Positions 9,683-22,356 of a DNA stretch of 64,000 bases are shown one piece after another; the first letter of the stretch is position 1, and each line of letters opens with the position of its first letter. The DNA is from Paramoeba atlantica (taxonomy: Eukaryota; Protista; Discosea). The stretch is from the NCBI GenBank assembly GCA_977017575.1, contig CDRNVI010000071.1:1-64000 (forward strand), in the 5' to 3' direction. The translations under genes were made by a program, and so were the position numbers. The notes under the pieces are model-generated. The model did not search any database. It was not told the origin of the DNA and worked only from the letters and a program-made list of their open reading frames with translations.

Positions 9683-11039
9683 TTGAGGGAGATACTACTC
9701 CCTCGCTACCGTAGGTTAATTCGTCGTGCCCGATTTGTGGACCGATTTGTGGCCCGATTTCGTGCCCGATATCGTGCCCGATATCGTTTCAGGTGATTTT
9801 TCGAAAAAATTATTTACAAAGACGTATGAATCGAATTTAGTGACAAGATTACTAGTTTTTCAACAATTCCGATGGGTACCCCCTGCCCCCCCTCCCACCA
9901 TGGTGATCATATCAATTTTTGAAATTTTGCAAAACAAAACTAAAAATTTGTGGGTGAAAGTGAAAAAATATATTTTTCCCAAATCAACTCTTAGACCGTT
10001 TTTTGAGAGTTTGGGGCCTGATATACGTGTATACGCTTTGGTTTCATTCGATATTTCTCCACCCTGTTCTGGTAATATACCTACAAAGTCCAAAATTTAC
10101 CTGGAAGTGTGTGACACGCAAGTCTGTAGAGGAAGGAGGAGGCGCAAGGCAAAACGGAAGAAGGCGGAGCCTTCTGTCTCTTTGCCGCGGCGACGACGAC
10201 TTCCTCGCGTGGGAAGCTGTAAGGGATCTTAGGGAGCATGTTCCGATAGCTATGTAATCCAGGGTAAAGTGGACGAGGGAGATACTAAAGGCACCTTTGG
10301 AAAACCACCTCGAAACTGGAACGGTATCCCCCGGTTTGTAGGGCATTCTGATGGTGGAGCATTATGATGATGTAGAGATTTCGTGCCCGATATCGTGCCC
10401 GATATCGTTTCAGGTGAGCTTTCGAAAAAAACGTTTATAAAGACGTATGAATCGAATTCAGTGACAATATTACTAGTTTTTCAAGAATTCAGATGGTTAC
10501 CCCCTGCCCCAACCACGTCCCCACCAGGGTGATCATAGCAATTTTTGAAATTTTCCAAAATAAAAAACTAAAAATTTGTGGGTGAAAGCGATTTTGTTTT
10601 TCCCAAATCAACTCCTAGACCGTTTTTTGAGAGTTTGGGGCCTGATATACCTGTATACGCTTTGGTTTCATTCGATATTTCTCCACCCTGTTCTGGTAAT
10701 ATACCTACAAAGTCCAAAATTTACCTGGAAGTGTGTGACACGCAAGTCTGTAGAGGAAGGAGGAGGCGCAAGGCAAAACGGAAGAAGGCGGAGCCTTCTG
10801 TCTCTTTGCCGCGGCGACGACGACTTCCTCGCGTGGGAAGCTGTAAGGGGTCTTAGGGAGCATGTTCCGATAGCTATGTAATCTAGGGTAAAGTGGACGA
10901 GGAAGATACTAAAGGCACCTTTGGAAAACCACCTCGAAACTGGAACGGTATCCCCCGGTTTGTAGACAATTCTGATGGTGTAAAAGTCAAAAAACATATT
11001 TTTCCCAAATCAACTCCTAGATCGTTTTTTGAGAGTTTA
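9683..11039 (+). mobile_element. Family P non-autonomous element, partial tandem dimer (H1-related ends)
   Basis: Begins A|TTGAGGGAG-ATACTA-CTCCCTC, followed by CCCGAT(T/A)TCGTG subterminal repeats. A second, 5'-truncated copy starts at ~10375. Only a homolog of the left arm of the H1 palindrome is present (~10255-10335 and ~10880-10960). Confidence 0.7.
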
Positions 11040-11051
11040 GCCTCCGCATGG

Positions 11052-11541
11052 CCTCTTAGAGTGAGGCCGCCAGGAATATTTGGATGAGCGGGTTTGAACT
11101 CGCCGTCTGAGCACCATGTGCTTCAAACTTTGAATTCTTGCCATTCCGCCACCTCCGCCCCAAATCCAATCCAAATCATTCCGGATTGCTCCGGATGGTC
11201 ACTGGCAAGCCAGACCCTTCACAGACAGATTTGGAGGTTCCGAGGCCGACGTCCTCTACCAGTTTCCGCTTGCCCAAGGCGGCACCAACGCGCTGTTACC
11301 AACACGCTGCGTCGACGAACTGTACGTCAACACGGCTTACCCAAGAGGCGTAAGCCGGGTAAGGGAGCTGGTTCCCTGACGGGAGGGTCCGGGACGGTCC
11401 TCCGAGTACTGGGCCTAGTCGGTTATCAGCCCAGCCTCTTAGAGTGAGGCCGCCAGGAATATTGCGATGAGCGGGTTTGAACTCGCCGTCTGAGCACCAT
11501 GTGCTTCAAACTTTGAATTCTTGCCACTCCGCCACCTCCAC
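11052..11541 (-). mobile_element. SINE-A tandem: full copy (11161-11541) followed by a head-only copy (11052-11160)
   Basis: Reverse complement of SINE-A. The tail TTTGGATTGGATTTG abuts the next GGCGGAGGTGGCGGA head. Confidence 0.85.
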
Positions 11542-11544
11542 CTC

Positions 11545-12650
11545 ATGGGGACACTGGAAGATGCTCCAATGTTATACGTGTTCGTCATGGAATACGTCGC
11601 TTCACCCTTGTTGTAAGGCATGCTTCGTGCTGTATTAGAGTCTTCTGAGGTACCCTGAAGAGTCTCAGCTACCTTTACGGATGCGCGGCGAGTGGAATCT
11701 ATGTACTCTTGGGCGGTCTTAGAGATCTGCCATTTAAAGAATTCCTGTATCTCACTTACGGTTCGACCACCTTCAGTAAGATGGCAAGCCGTTGTGCGTC
11801 GCAGCGCATGTCCTGTGAAGCTTTCCGCGTCATCCAGGTTAAGATGCGCAGCCATGAACTTCGGTATTCCTCTCATAGATTGTACCCCCATGGGCGCATT
11901 CTTGAATCCATTGGAGATACCAGATTTTTTATTCAACCACATTACGTTACGAAACAGAGGCATAAACTTTTTGTCGATCGTGGTTCTAGATAGATACTTT
12001 CGTAACGCGTCTCCCGGAACAAGAAACTTTGACTGCGTCGTGGAAGATCTGTGCTTTCCTCTAAAGAGACTCACCCACAATCTCTTTATTTCCCCTGAGT
12101 CTGCTTCTGAAATGCACTTCGTTGTTGGAGTTCGTGCTTCACCCATGCGGAGGCCTCCATAGTATCCACTGCAACGAGGGCAATGTTGCGAACGCACTCA
12201 TCATCTTCTCGATTTTCTGAGAAGAGGATTTCCATGTGATGGGCGGTGAATGTTTCAGTTTTTTTGATCGGATCTACATTCTTTTCACCAGCCCTCGAGC
12301 TGGTCGACCACCCTCGGCCAATCTTTTAGAGGTCTGATATCAAACTTAGCGCTGATAACTTTACCTATCATGGAGCATACGCTCCACATAGTTTTGGGTG
12401 CATAGCTGCGCTCTTCCTTCAGATGCTTTATATACAGACACAGGTCGCCCTCCGTCGGTTGAGGGTCAGCAGATCTAACCAACCAAATATGTCCCAGTTG
12501 AAAGCTTCACAAATTTCTCCTACCCATAAAACACTTTGGCGGTGTCCACAAAACTAACATATTCACCAGAAGCTTTTCAAAAACATCTTGCAACAACTTC
12601 CATGTATCCTAATCATTCGAGGTGAATGACGTTCCAGTACTTAGTCAAAG
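11545..12650 (-). pseudogene. Crypton-like tyrosine recombinase (disrupted)
   Basis: YYGGLR (Arg), FTGHALRRT (HxxR), FKW and AQEYI (Tyr) motifs. The N-terminal LYIKHLKEERSYAPKTMWSVCSMI resembles CryptonI-type proteins. There is an in-frame stop at ~12285 and at least one frameshift. Confidence 0.8.
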
Positions 12651-13162
12651 AATTGTGATATGAAATCGACTTTTCATTTTCAGCACAAACGGTTTACCTA
12701 ATAAAAAATATTTTCACGAGAAACAACAGCATATCACCTTATCACACTATCCCTCACAGAAAATGCGATCAAGGGGGGTATGAGGGGGGTATCATTTCTT
12801 TGGTGTTCGTAATACGTTCTTAGTGCGCGATCTATCGTCTTTCCCCTGACGCTTTTCTGTCTTTTTGACGCAGTTCTCTCTTTTACTGAGTGTTTTTTGA
12901 CGTGACCCCTTTGTGTCCAGACTTTCATGGCTTGGCTCATCATTCTCCTGGTATAACTGATTACTCCTCTTTCTTTGCGGAGCTCTAAATTTAACCCGAT
13001 CACTCATAACAATACGTGCTACATGAGGCAACTGTTGCTTTGACTCAATGCCTTTTAGCCTTTTTGTGTTGTTGGACTGTACGCGTTCTTGTGATCTTGT
13101 GCGTTTCGTTTCCGTTTCTATCTCTGTACGTTAGCAAACGCCTTTGCTAACTGTCCTACTTT

Positions 13163-13985
13163 TTGGCAATATTTTTACGTGCTCACCATGGGTGCATATT
13201 TGGCTCAGAATTATCACTCACAATAACAGCTGCGGAACTTTATGCTGTCTATGAGGCTCTGCAGATGTCAATGAAGCATGAGAAGGATATTATCATTCAC
13301 ACAGACTCTGCGTATGTATGGGAATTTTTCCATGTGATTCGGAACAGGTTTTCTCTATTCGGGTTTCACCAATTTGAAAATTCGGACCTCTTATCAAAGA
13401 TACATCGTGTCTGCTTTCAATTAGAAGCTGACCGACGCGTGTTCATCATCAAGGTTAGGGGGCATGAAGGGAACCCACATAATGACACATCGGGCTGGCT
13501 TGCGAAAAGAGCTTCTCAACAGTCTGACGAAAACGCCTCCTTTTGTTTCCGTGGTTTGGAAGAAAAATCCTGCTCCAAAAGACGAAACATGACCCCACTG
13601 AACACAGACAAAAAGATCAAATCGTTACAAAAACGGACTTTGCCAGTTTTTGCGTTTACACAGGTGAGGGCTGAAGAGGAAACACCCCATCCCCCCAAAT
13701 CTGAGGCTCTTTCTCAAAATGAAGTTGTTAGTAGAACCCCTTCATCAAAAACATTGAAACGCATCCGTTCGAAAGGAAAATCGACCAAAACCAATGAAAA
13801 AGTTGGTACAAAACTGCGCAAGAGTGCAGAAGACACATGCGTCAAGAATGAGATCCCAGTTTGCATATGAGTACTTACGGGAAGAACCCCTCAGAGGAAA
13901 CGCTCGCTTAGAGAGGATGAAAGCAAGATGCAAAAATCTACAAGGAGATCTCATTGAGCAAATGAGGAAAGCAAAACCATGCTAA
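13163..13985 (+). pseudogene. 3' fragment of an RTE-group LINE: RNase H plus basic tail
   Basis: AAELYAVYEAL, IIHTDSAYV and IKVRGHEGNPHNDTSGWLAK. Paralogous to the RNase H regions at ~14500, ~19700 and ~24050. Confidence 0.8.
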
Positions 13986-14299
13986 TGGAAGTCGTTAAAT
14001 ACACTATGCCATTAGTATTAATATACGTTTTATGAAGAAGAGAGATAGGATATTGATTTTGTCAATAAGATTTGGATTTATTAAGCTGTTTCGCTCTTTG
14101 CCCTAGGCAAAAACAGGAATATAGAGCCAACAGATAAGGAAGTCAAATGGTTATGAAAGCAAAGCGCCGGAAGCCGCATTCGCACCTAACGGGTTATTTA
14201 CCAAAGAAAGTAATGAGGAAGTCATGGTCGTAGAAGATGCTTCTACGCGTAAAAGCCAAGTGAGCTTGTACGTAGGTGGGTTCTATTTTATGGTGTAAA

Positions 14300-17172
14300 T
14301 TACAGACCCTTTAACTGATATTCAAATATCAGTGTCTTTGTAGTTGTTGTTGTTGTTGTTGTTGTGCGTATTTGGCTAGAGGTTACCGATTTAAGTTTGC
14401 GCTGCATTTTGCTGCCATTAGAATCACCATTGGTATGGTTTTTGCGCTTGTCTTCTGCATGAGGAATCTCGCCGTAGAATCTCAAAGCCTTTTCTCCCTT
14501 GCTTATTTTACTAGCCACCCAGTCTGCCATATAATTATGTGGATTCTCGTTATGCGCTTTAACTTTTACGCAGTAGAAGCGCTTTGTCCATCTTAGCGAA
14601 ATATATGTTTCTTGCAATTTCTGAAGTATAGCGCCTCCCTCAAATGATTTAAATCCTATGAATCTGAACCTATGGATAGCTCCATGAAAGAAATCCCAAA
14701 CATACTCAGAATCCGTGTGCAAAATGACATCTCCGTCGTAGGACAATGCGATGAGAAGAGCCTCGTGCGCGGCAAAGGATTCTATTTCCTGAATAGATTG
14801 AGAGAATTCATGAGGAGGTTTTAACCCAAGAGATATAGAGGGCCCGCGGCGGGGCAGACTACCCCACAACCTGTGTGAGTTTCATCCTTTTTAACGATTC
14901 GTGCTCCATCTGTATAAATGTGTGTTTCATTTGGCCCCATTGGAAATGGTTGCCGCCCTTCTTCAATGTATTGTAGGGTTTCGTAGCACCCCTTGTTTAC
15001 CCCCTTTACCAAAAGATTTTCCCATAGTTTTGAAGTTGTTTTAGTGTACGAGTGCCTGGGTTCAAGCTGATTTTGAAGATTTTCAAGTTTCTTGCACCAT
15101 TAAGACCGATTTTGACCAAGTTTTAGAATCTCAGATACGTCAGAATGTAACTCTTTTGCACATCTTTCTGATAGCGATGGCTTGGAACTCTCATCATTCG
15201 TTCTCCATAGTACGGCAGTTACGAATGGAGTAGGGTGACGAATAAGGTGGCCTACTAGCGAGGCACGTTGCAATTGTATCACAGTATTGGGCTTTAGGTC
15301 AGTGGGGTAAAGAGAGTCTACTCTGCAATGCGCCTCTTTCGAGCACTTGACTCCCAACATGACCCTCCTCATTCTGTTCATTTGGACTTCCACTTCATGT
15401 AGCTCTATCTTATTTAAATTCCAAGTCCCTGGATTATAATAGACCACTGATTGAACGAGAGACTTAAAGATGTGTAATTTGCTTTTTGGTGATATAGTAG
15501 AACTCCATATGGCTTTGAGTTTGTGCATTATTGCCCAACCTAATCGTACACTTTCTTGTGAGTTTGAGCTGCGATCCTCCTCGTTCTGAGTGCTACCCAA
15601 GTAGCGATAATATGTAACTTTTGGTATTTTTTTTTGTTTGACTTTTGGTATATCGCCGAGTGTCACTACTTGCAAAGGTCTTCCATCATCCTTAACTTTA
15701 CCTAGTGTCATCCGTGCCGTTTTGTTTGGTCCGACATTTATTTTCAAATTAGCTTTTTCTGCGGAAGTTTTAAGTTTGTGCAACATTGTGCTTAGCTCCT
15801 CCTTGGATTCGGAGAAGAAAACTATATCATCAGCATAATTTATATCAGATACACGCAGTTCCTTTAGGCCTCTGCTCCTAGTTTCTGAGCTATGTGTCAC
15901 AAGCCCTAAGCGATTTATGTCGATAGATTCAACTAAAATACGATCAAGAACCATAATAAGCAGGTATGGGGCCAGAACGTCACCTTGAAGAGTCCCCTGT
16001 AAAAGTGGAAATGAGTCTGTATTACCGTATGGTGTTTTCACGTGCGATTTGAGATTTTGATAAATACACATGACCGTAGAACTGAGATTTTCGGGAATAT
16101 CGAAAGCACGTAATGTCTCTTTTATCGCAGCGAATGATAATGAAGGAAAGGCTTGTTGAAAGTCGACAAAACAGACGAACACCCCAGCCCCTCGGCGTGA
16201 TTTTTCCATTATTTCTAAAAACGTTGCCTGAGCGCCAGCTGTTGAGCGGTTTGGTCGAAAGCCGAATTGATTCCCGCGAAGCAAACTTTCCACTGCTGGT
16301 TGTATTCTGTCTAAAATGATTTGATTCAAAATCTTCACTACATGATTCACAAGACAGATTGGTCTCCAATTTGTGAGTGAGCGCAAGTTACCTTTCTTTG
16401 GCAATGGGACCTGCAATATCGATTCCCAAGATTCATCCGCTTTTCCGGTTTTTCGTACTTCATTCATTATATCCAGGAGAGCATTATGCAAGTCTTGATC
16501 AGCTGAAATAGCACGTAGAGCTTCAACAGGGATATGATCATCGCCTGTAGCTTTTCCTGACTTAATCTTTACCATCGCAGCAGTTAGTTCCTCCACTCCA
16601 AATTCACCATCATCAATTTTTGCCAGTCGTTTTGGTGCAGCAGGTAAACTTATTGCTTCATGACCTTTGTAAGCACTACCCCCTACCATGCTGAAATGAT
16701 TCTTCACTATATTAAGGCTGCTGTTTACCGTAGTTGAAACTAGCGGAAAATCTTGCTTCTTGTCCCCTACAATTTTTCGAATTGTGCTGTACGCGGATTT
16801 TGGAGTTGATTTAAGCTCTTTTTCCATGGCGTCGCACTCATTTATAATAGAGGAGTCTAGCTTTTCAGAGAATTCTTTCCATGCAGTAGCAAACATAGTT
16901 TTATTGCCCACGATCTTCAGCAGAGACTTCATGTCAAATCCGGATAGATCTGTTTCAGCATCAATGCGAATTTCTTTTGCATTACTAGTTTTCTTGGGCA
17001 GACTAGATGCGGTCACTCTAACAGCAGAAGAGAGTTTTGTCCAAGATATTTCGCTGGCCTTATCTATTTCCATTTTTGGCGCGTTTTCGGACTTCTGATC
17101 CTCCGACCGAATTCTTTTTGGCACAATGTTTCTGCAACAGCTAACACATCTATCAAAGGTACCTTTGATCAA
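14300..17172 (-). mobile_element. RTE-group LINE, 5'-truncated: RT plus RNase H
   Basis: VPLPKKGNL..NWRPICL, QFGFRPNRST, GTLQGDVLAPYL, DINYADD, YRYLGS, then HIYTDG, LHTDSEYV and KVKAHNENPHN. Stops and frameshifts occur after the RT. Confidence 0.92.
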
Positions 17173-20100
17173 AATTTGTTCGATGTCTGGTATGATGATA
17201 AAAGCCCTGTGAAAATCATTTGCGGAGATTTAAATGCACCTCTTCTTACAGTACGAGGCTGGAAATGCCGCACTAAGCGGACTAAGGCGCTACGCAGTTT
17301 GTTGCATTCAATGGGCGCCCAGTCTGCACATGAAGGATGCTGTGCGCGGCGCAAGTGGACATATCGCTTTCCAAAGTCCAAAAAATATCCAGAAGGTTTG
17401 ACGAAACAACTAGATCATATAATCGTAAATCGTCGATTTTTCTCGTCGATACGTAAACAAAAGGTTTGCATCCCCCCTATTCCAACCAGACACTGCGTAC
17501 TATCTTCAAACTTTAATTTTCGTTGGAAAGAACAAGAAAAGAAACTACAGCCGCCCTTCTGGTCGGCTGTTGTTTGGTCCCTTCGGCTGTAGTTTGGACC
17601 GTTCTGGTCGGCTTAATGATGACATTAAGAGCAATTTTGCAACCGGAGTTAAGAAAGCCCTGAAACATGCTCCGAAAAGAATACGTTCAACAAACGAAAC
17701 TGAAACTGCAACTACTCCTCATCTTGAAGTCGAAAACATCAAAGTAAGTTGGGAAAAACTAGCCGAAGCAATCCATTCCACCTCAAATACTCTTCCAAAA
17801 AGGCTTCCAAAAAATGCGGACAATGCGGCTATTCGGGAAATTGACCCAGATGTGTTGAACTTAGAATGTTATGAAAGAAGTTGCCAGCAAAAGTGAATTT
17901 AAACATGCGACTAAGATATTTTCTGATCGAATTGAGACATCTATTTTAACTGAGTGTGAAATTTTGGAAAAGGAACTAAAATCGGCGCCTAAATCAGCGT
18001 ATAGAACCATACGAAATATTGTTGGGGATAATAGAAGTGAATTTGCAATATTTGGGAGAACTGCCAAAGAAAGTCTCGAAGCAGTTAGAAATCATTTTTC
18101 GAAAGTCGGACACGAGACAGTGGCTGAAAAAGGCACCATTCGATTTCCAACGGCACCGAAACGATTAGAACAGATTGACGACGGAAAATTTCGCCAATCT
18201 TGGAAGTCCATATTACAGGTACCGCTGCCAAAAAAGGGAAACTTGCAATCACTGGGAAATTGGAGACCAGTATGCCTTGTTAACCATGTGGTTAAAGTGT
18301 TGAACAGAATGATCCTAAACCGCATCCAACCGGCAGTAGAGAAGTCTCTCCGTGGGAACCAATTTGGTTTCCGCCCGAATCGATCTACAGCAGGCGCGCA
18401 GGCAACATTTATGGAGATTGCAAGCAAATCGCACAAAGGAACAGGCGCGTACGCATGTTTCGTAGACTTCAAGCAAGTCTTTCCATCAATATCGTTCGAC
18501 TCCATAAAAGAGGCTCTCCGAGCTTTTGATATACCTCCAAAGCTGAGTGCAGCTGTGATGTCAATTTACAAAAATCTTCGATCTCATGTACGGACCCCTT
18601 ACGGAACAACGGAAGATTTTCCTATTGTAAGCGGCACTCTTCAAGGAGATGTTCTAGCTCCTTACTTATTTGCTATGGTTCTGGACCGAATTTTGGTAGA
18701 GGCTATTGACATGAACAAGCTCGGGCTGGTAACGCACACATCCGGGACAAAAAGTCGAGGACTCAAAGAACTGAGAATTTCTGACATTGATTACGCTGAT
18801 GATATTGTATTGTTTGCTTCAACGAAACCTGAATTAAAAATCATGCTTACCAATTTATGTGCTTCAGCAGAAAAGGCAAACCTTAAAATCAATGTTGGTG
18901 CACAGAAAACGGCTTGGATGACACTTGGAAAGGTAAAGGATGATAATACCGCCCTAGAAATAGACGGATTAGGGGAAATTCCTAGAGTAAAAAAGTACAG
19001 ATATCTTGGCAGCACACAGAACACCGAGGATACCTGTACGTCCCCCAAGGAAAGACTGCGACTAGGATGGGGTGTAATGCACAAGCTTCGCGCCATATGG
19101 AAGTCCTCTATCTCCTCTCATTGCAAATTTCAAATTTTCAAAACACTCGTTCAATCCGTCGTGTACTACAACCCTGGCACATGGAATGTCAATCAGGCAG
19201 AACTTCACGATATTCAAGTTCAAGTAAATAGAATGCGCAGAATTGTATTTGGCGTAAAAAATGCTTGTGACTCTCGTCTCAGAACGGAATCGCTTTATCC
19301 TACTGACTTAAAACCTGAAACAGTAATTAAGACACAGAGAGATTCCTTAATAGGGCATCTTGTGCGCCATCCTACACCGTTTACTACAGCAGTACTATGG
19401 AGAATAAATGATGAGGCCTCTAAACCAACATTGTCCGAACGGTGTGCCCACGAACTACACTCTGATGTTACTGAAATCCTACAACTTGGACAAGATCGCC
19501 CCACATGGCGGAAGAAACTGGAAAAACTACAGGTGGAGCTGGAACCACAACCTTCTTACACAAAGTCTTGTTCTCCTGCTTGGGAAAAAAGTATTAAAAA
19601 GATATTGGAAAACAAGGACTATCAAACTCTACAGTACGTGGAAGAAAGTAGCAGGTGCATCGGTATCGGCTCATTGGGTTCCACTCATTCAAAGGGTGCG
19701 AAGCAATGCGATCCCTTCAAAACGCTTACTACAGTACAAAACATACTAAAAAATTCTACTGTATCAAGGTCAAACCACACAATGAAAATATGTACAACGA
19801 TACCGCAGATTATTGCGGTGGTTGTAAAACTACCGCTCTACACTCGATTATTGAAAAAAAAGTGAACACAAACAGTGAAAATATAAAGAGGAACACAGTA
19901 ATATAATAGAAGAAAAAAATATAAAAGGGGGCTCCGGTGGTCCAAAACTGAAAAAAAATTTTGAAAAAAATGGGGGGCCCATGGGGGGGGTCCAGGGGGG
20001 AGGTCCAGGGGGGGGGCATGAGCGGAGGGGGCGGAGTAATCCGTGGCGTACGCTACGTAGAATTTGCCGTTTGTACAGGGAAACTCTTTGCATCCAGACC

Positions 20101-21410
20101 TCGTCGACAAGGGAAACTCTTAACATTGTTAAAGATTTCTTTGGGGGGGGCATGGTCGAGCAAATTTTTTCGAAAAAATTAGTTTTCGAAAAAAAACCGC
20201 AGAAAGGGTAGCCGGGGTCTTGGCGCGCATTTTCCACCCCCCTACCCGGGGGTGACCCCCCCGCGTATCCGCAGGACGGGTCCGCCAATTTCGGATTTTT
20301 CGGAAAAAATTTTTTGAAAAAAAATTCAACTTGGCGAAAAAAATGACAAAAAAAATATTTTTCCAAAATGGTTTCCCCTATTGTATTTTGATAGTTTGGG
20401 ACCTACACTAGCTTTCTCCGCAGTTGTTTTCGCAAGGTATCCCTTCTTCAAACTGTGGTGCGCCCCTCAAAATGACCCACTTTTGACTAAAAATGGTGAA
20501 AAAGTATTTTTCGGACCTAAAGGGGCATTTTTGTGTCGAAAGAATGGTATGGTTGGAGTCGTATTCTCTACCCAATACGTTCGGTAGGCTTTCATTCATG
20601 CCTGCGAGTGATTTCCCACGCGCAAATGTCGGATTTAGTGCTCTGAGAGCAAAAATATGCGAAAATGACCCCATTTTTACCCGAAATTCGGCTATTTTTG
20701 GCTATAATCTTTCCGTTTTCCAGGCTAAATTTTCTTTTTTAGGCTCTTCGTTAAACGCGGCGGTAGTTTTCAACGCGAAGCGCGCAGCATGAGTGACTTC
20801 TAAGTTGAAAACAACCACCGCGTTTAACGAAGAGCCTAAAAAAGAAAATTTAGCCAAAAAGGCGTGCAAGCTGGAAGGAAATGAACTAGCTATAAAATAC
20901 TACGGGGATATATTGCACGGCAATGCAAAGAGGAAATCAGAGCAAAATAATACCTCAATATGTCTTAAAACTCAGAGAACTAGAAAAGGCACAAACCAAA
21001 GAACAGTGCCTGTATCTACGGGGCCCCCTTTGTCGGAAAACTCACACGATTCACGTTCAACGAAACAACCCAAACGGAGCATTCGAATAAATGAAAAGAG
21101 GACGAAATCTCCCATACGCAAAGCTTCTTTACATAAGAAGACAAAGGGTATCAACTTAATTTCCAGCCCCCCACAGATAACCAATTCGAACGTAAGCATT
21201 TAGGTGAAACGAAATAAACCGCAAATGAAGCGTCTAAAAGATACAAGTTTGGACTTATCATCATCCCAGACAAAGAGTGAACCAGAAAACGAAAAGGAGT
21301 CACAAAAGCGAGTGAAAAGGACATCAAAGAAAAAACCTTGTTTTACAGCTAAAGGGAAAGACAAGAGTATAATTGATGTAAAAAAGCATGGAAATAAGCG
21401 GGAGAATTAG
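17173..21410 (+). mobile_element. RTE-group LINE: partial APE, RT, partly deleted RNase H; interrupted by element M
   Basis: APE motifs ICGDLNA and QLDHIIV; RT motifs GTLQGDVLAPYLF and DIDYADD. The RNase H reading NDTADY|LAKKACK resumes after the M insertion. Confidence 0.92.
19813..20848 (+). mobile_element. Family M non-autonomous element (full length, with a 122-bp captured insert)
   Basis: Begins A|TTGCGGTGGTT-GTAA-AACTACCGC (hairpin) and ends with a 119-bp palindrome (20730-20848), GAAAA|T. Removing it restores the LINE codons GAT TAT TTA GCC. Confidence 0.85.
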
Positions 21411-21729
21411 CCTTACGACATTAACTTTCCGATTTGAGAGATGCTATTGGAGCCTATGCTTCTGTTATATTTAAGTTAATTGCCATCAGATTTGGTGAAT
21501 TAAAGAATTACGTTCGCTGACGTGATTGCAACGGTGAGTTGTCTTATAGTGTTCAAAAGCTAAGTACTAATGGTTCATAGAGATCGATTGATTAGGAGGC
21601 TTGAAATTGAAAGTCTGTTTTTTTTTTTTTAATTTTCTGTAAGTGTGTTCTGTGTTGATATTTTGAAGGTGGAAATTTTTAGGAGAAATTTTTGAATCCT
21701 TTAACTGAGATAACATCTCAGTGTTGGTT

Positions 21730-22095
21730 GGGATATCAAGCACCAAACTCTTAAAAAACGGTCTAGGAGTTGATTTGGGTAAAACATATTTTTTCACTTT
21801 CACCGATAAATTTTCAGTTTTTTTTTGAAAAATTCAAAAATTGCTATGATCACCTTGGTGGGGGGGGCAGGGGGTATCCATCGGAATTGTTGAAAAACTA
21901 GTGATCTTGTCATACAATTCGATTCACACGTCTTTGTATACATTTTTTTCGAAACCTCACCTGAAACGATATCGGGCACGAAATCGGGCCACAAATCGGG
22001 CCACAAATCGGGCACGACGAATCAACCTACGGTAGCGAGGTAGTAGTATCTCCCTCAATTAACCTACGGTATCGAGGGAGTAGTATCTCCCTCAA
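21730..22095 (-). mobile_element. Family P 5' half with a reiterated 5' terminus
   Basis: Reverse complement of the 9683 element. The terminal ~37 bp is present twice, ending at 22058 and 22095. Confidence 0.75.
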
Positions 22096-22356
22096 TAAGA
22101 CCGACTTAAAGTCGGTTGAAAAACATAACACTTTCACCTTGAAAGTGAATACCTCAAGGTATTCCAAGTTTAGAAAGATGCAATTCCATCAATTCTTTCC
22201 TTACATGGACGGTTTCCTATTACGTCCAGTTCTCGCAACCTTACCTCGAAGCACACTCCATGCCTCAGCTTCGCGCTTGAATGCAGGAATGTCTCGCGCT
22301 AGATCATTTCCAAGGGATTTCCTTTTGAGTAAGGCATTTAAGGACCTTTTGCCAAT

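Noticed and set aside
19810-20800. Many 60-200-aa ORFs within M and P copies (also 9726-10997, 25811-28600 and 55067-57867)
   Set aside because: They have Phe/Lys/Pro-rich homopolymer composition and overlap in all frames, consistent with non-coding element bodies.
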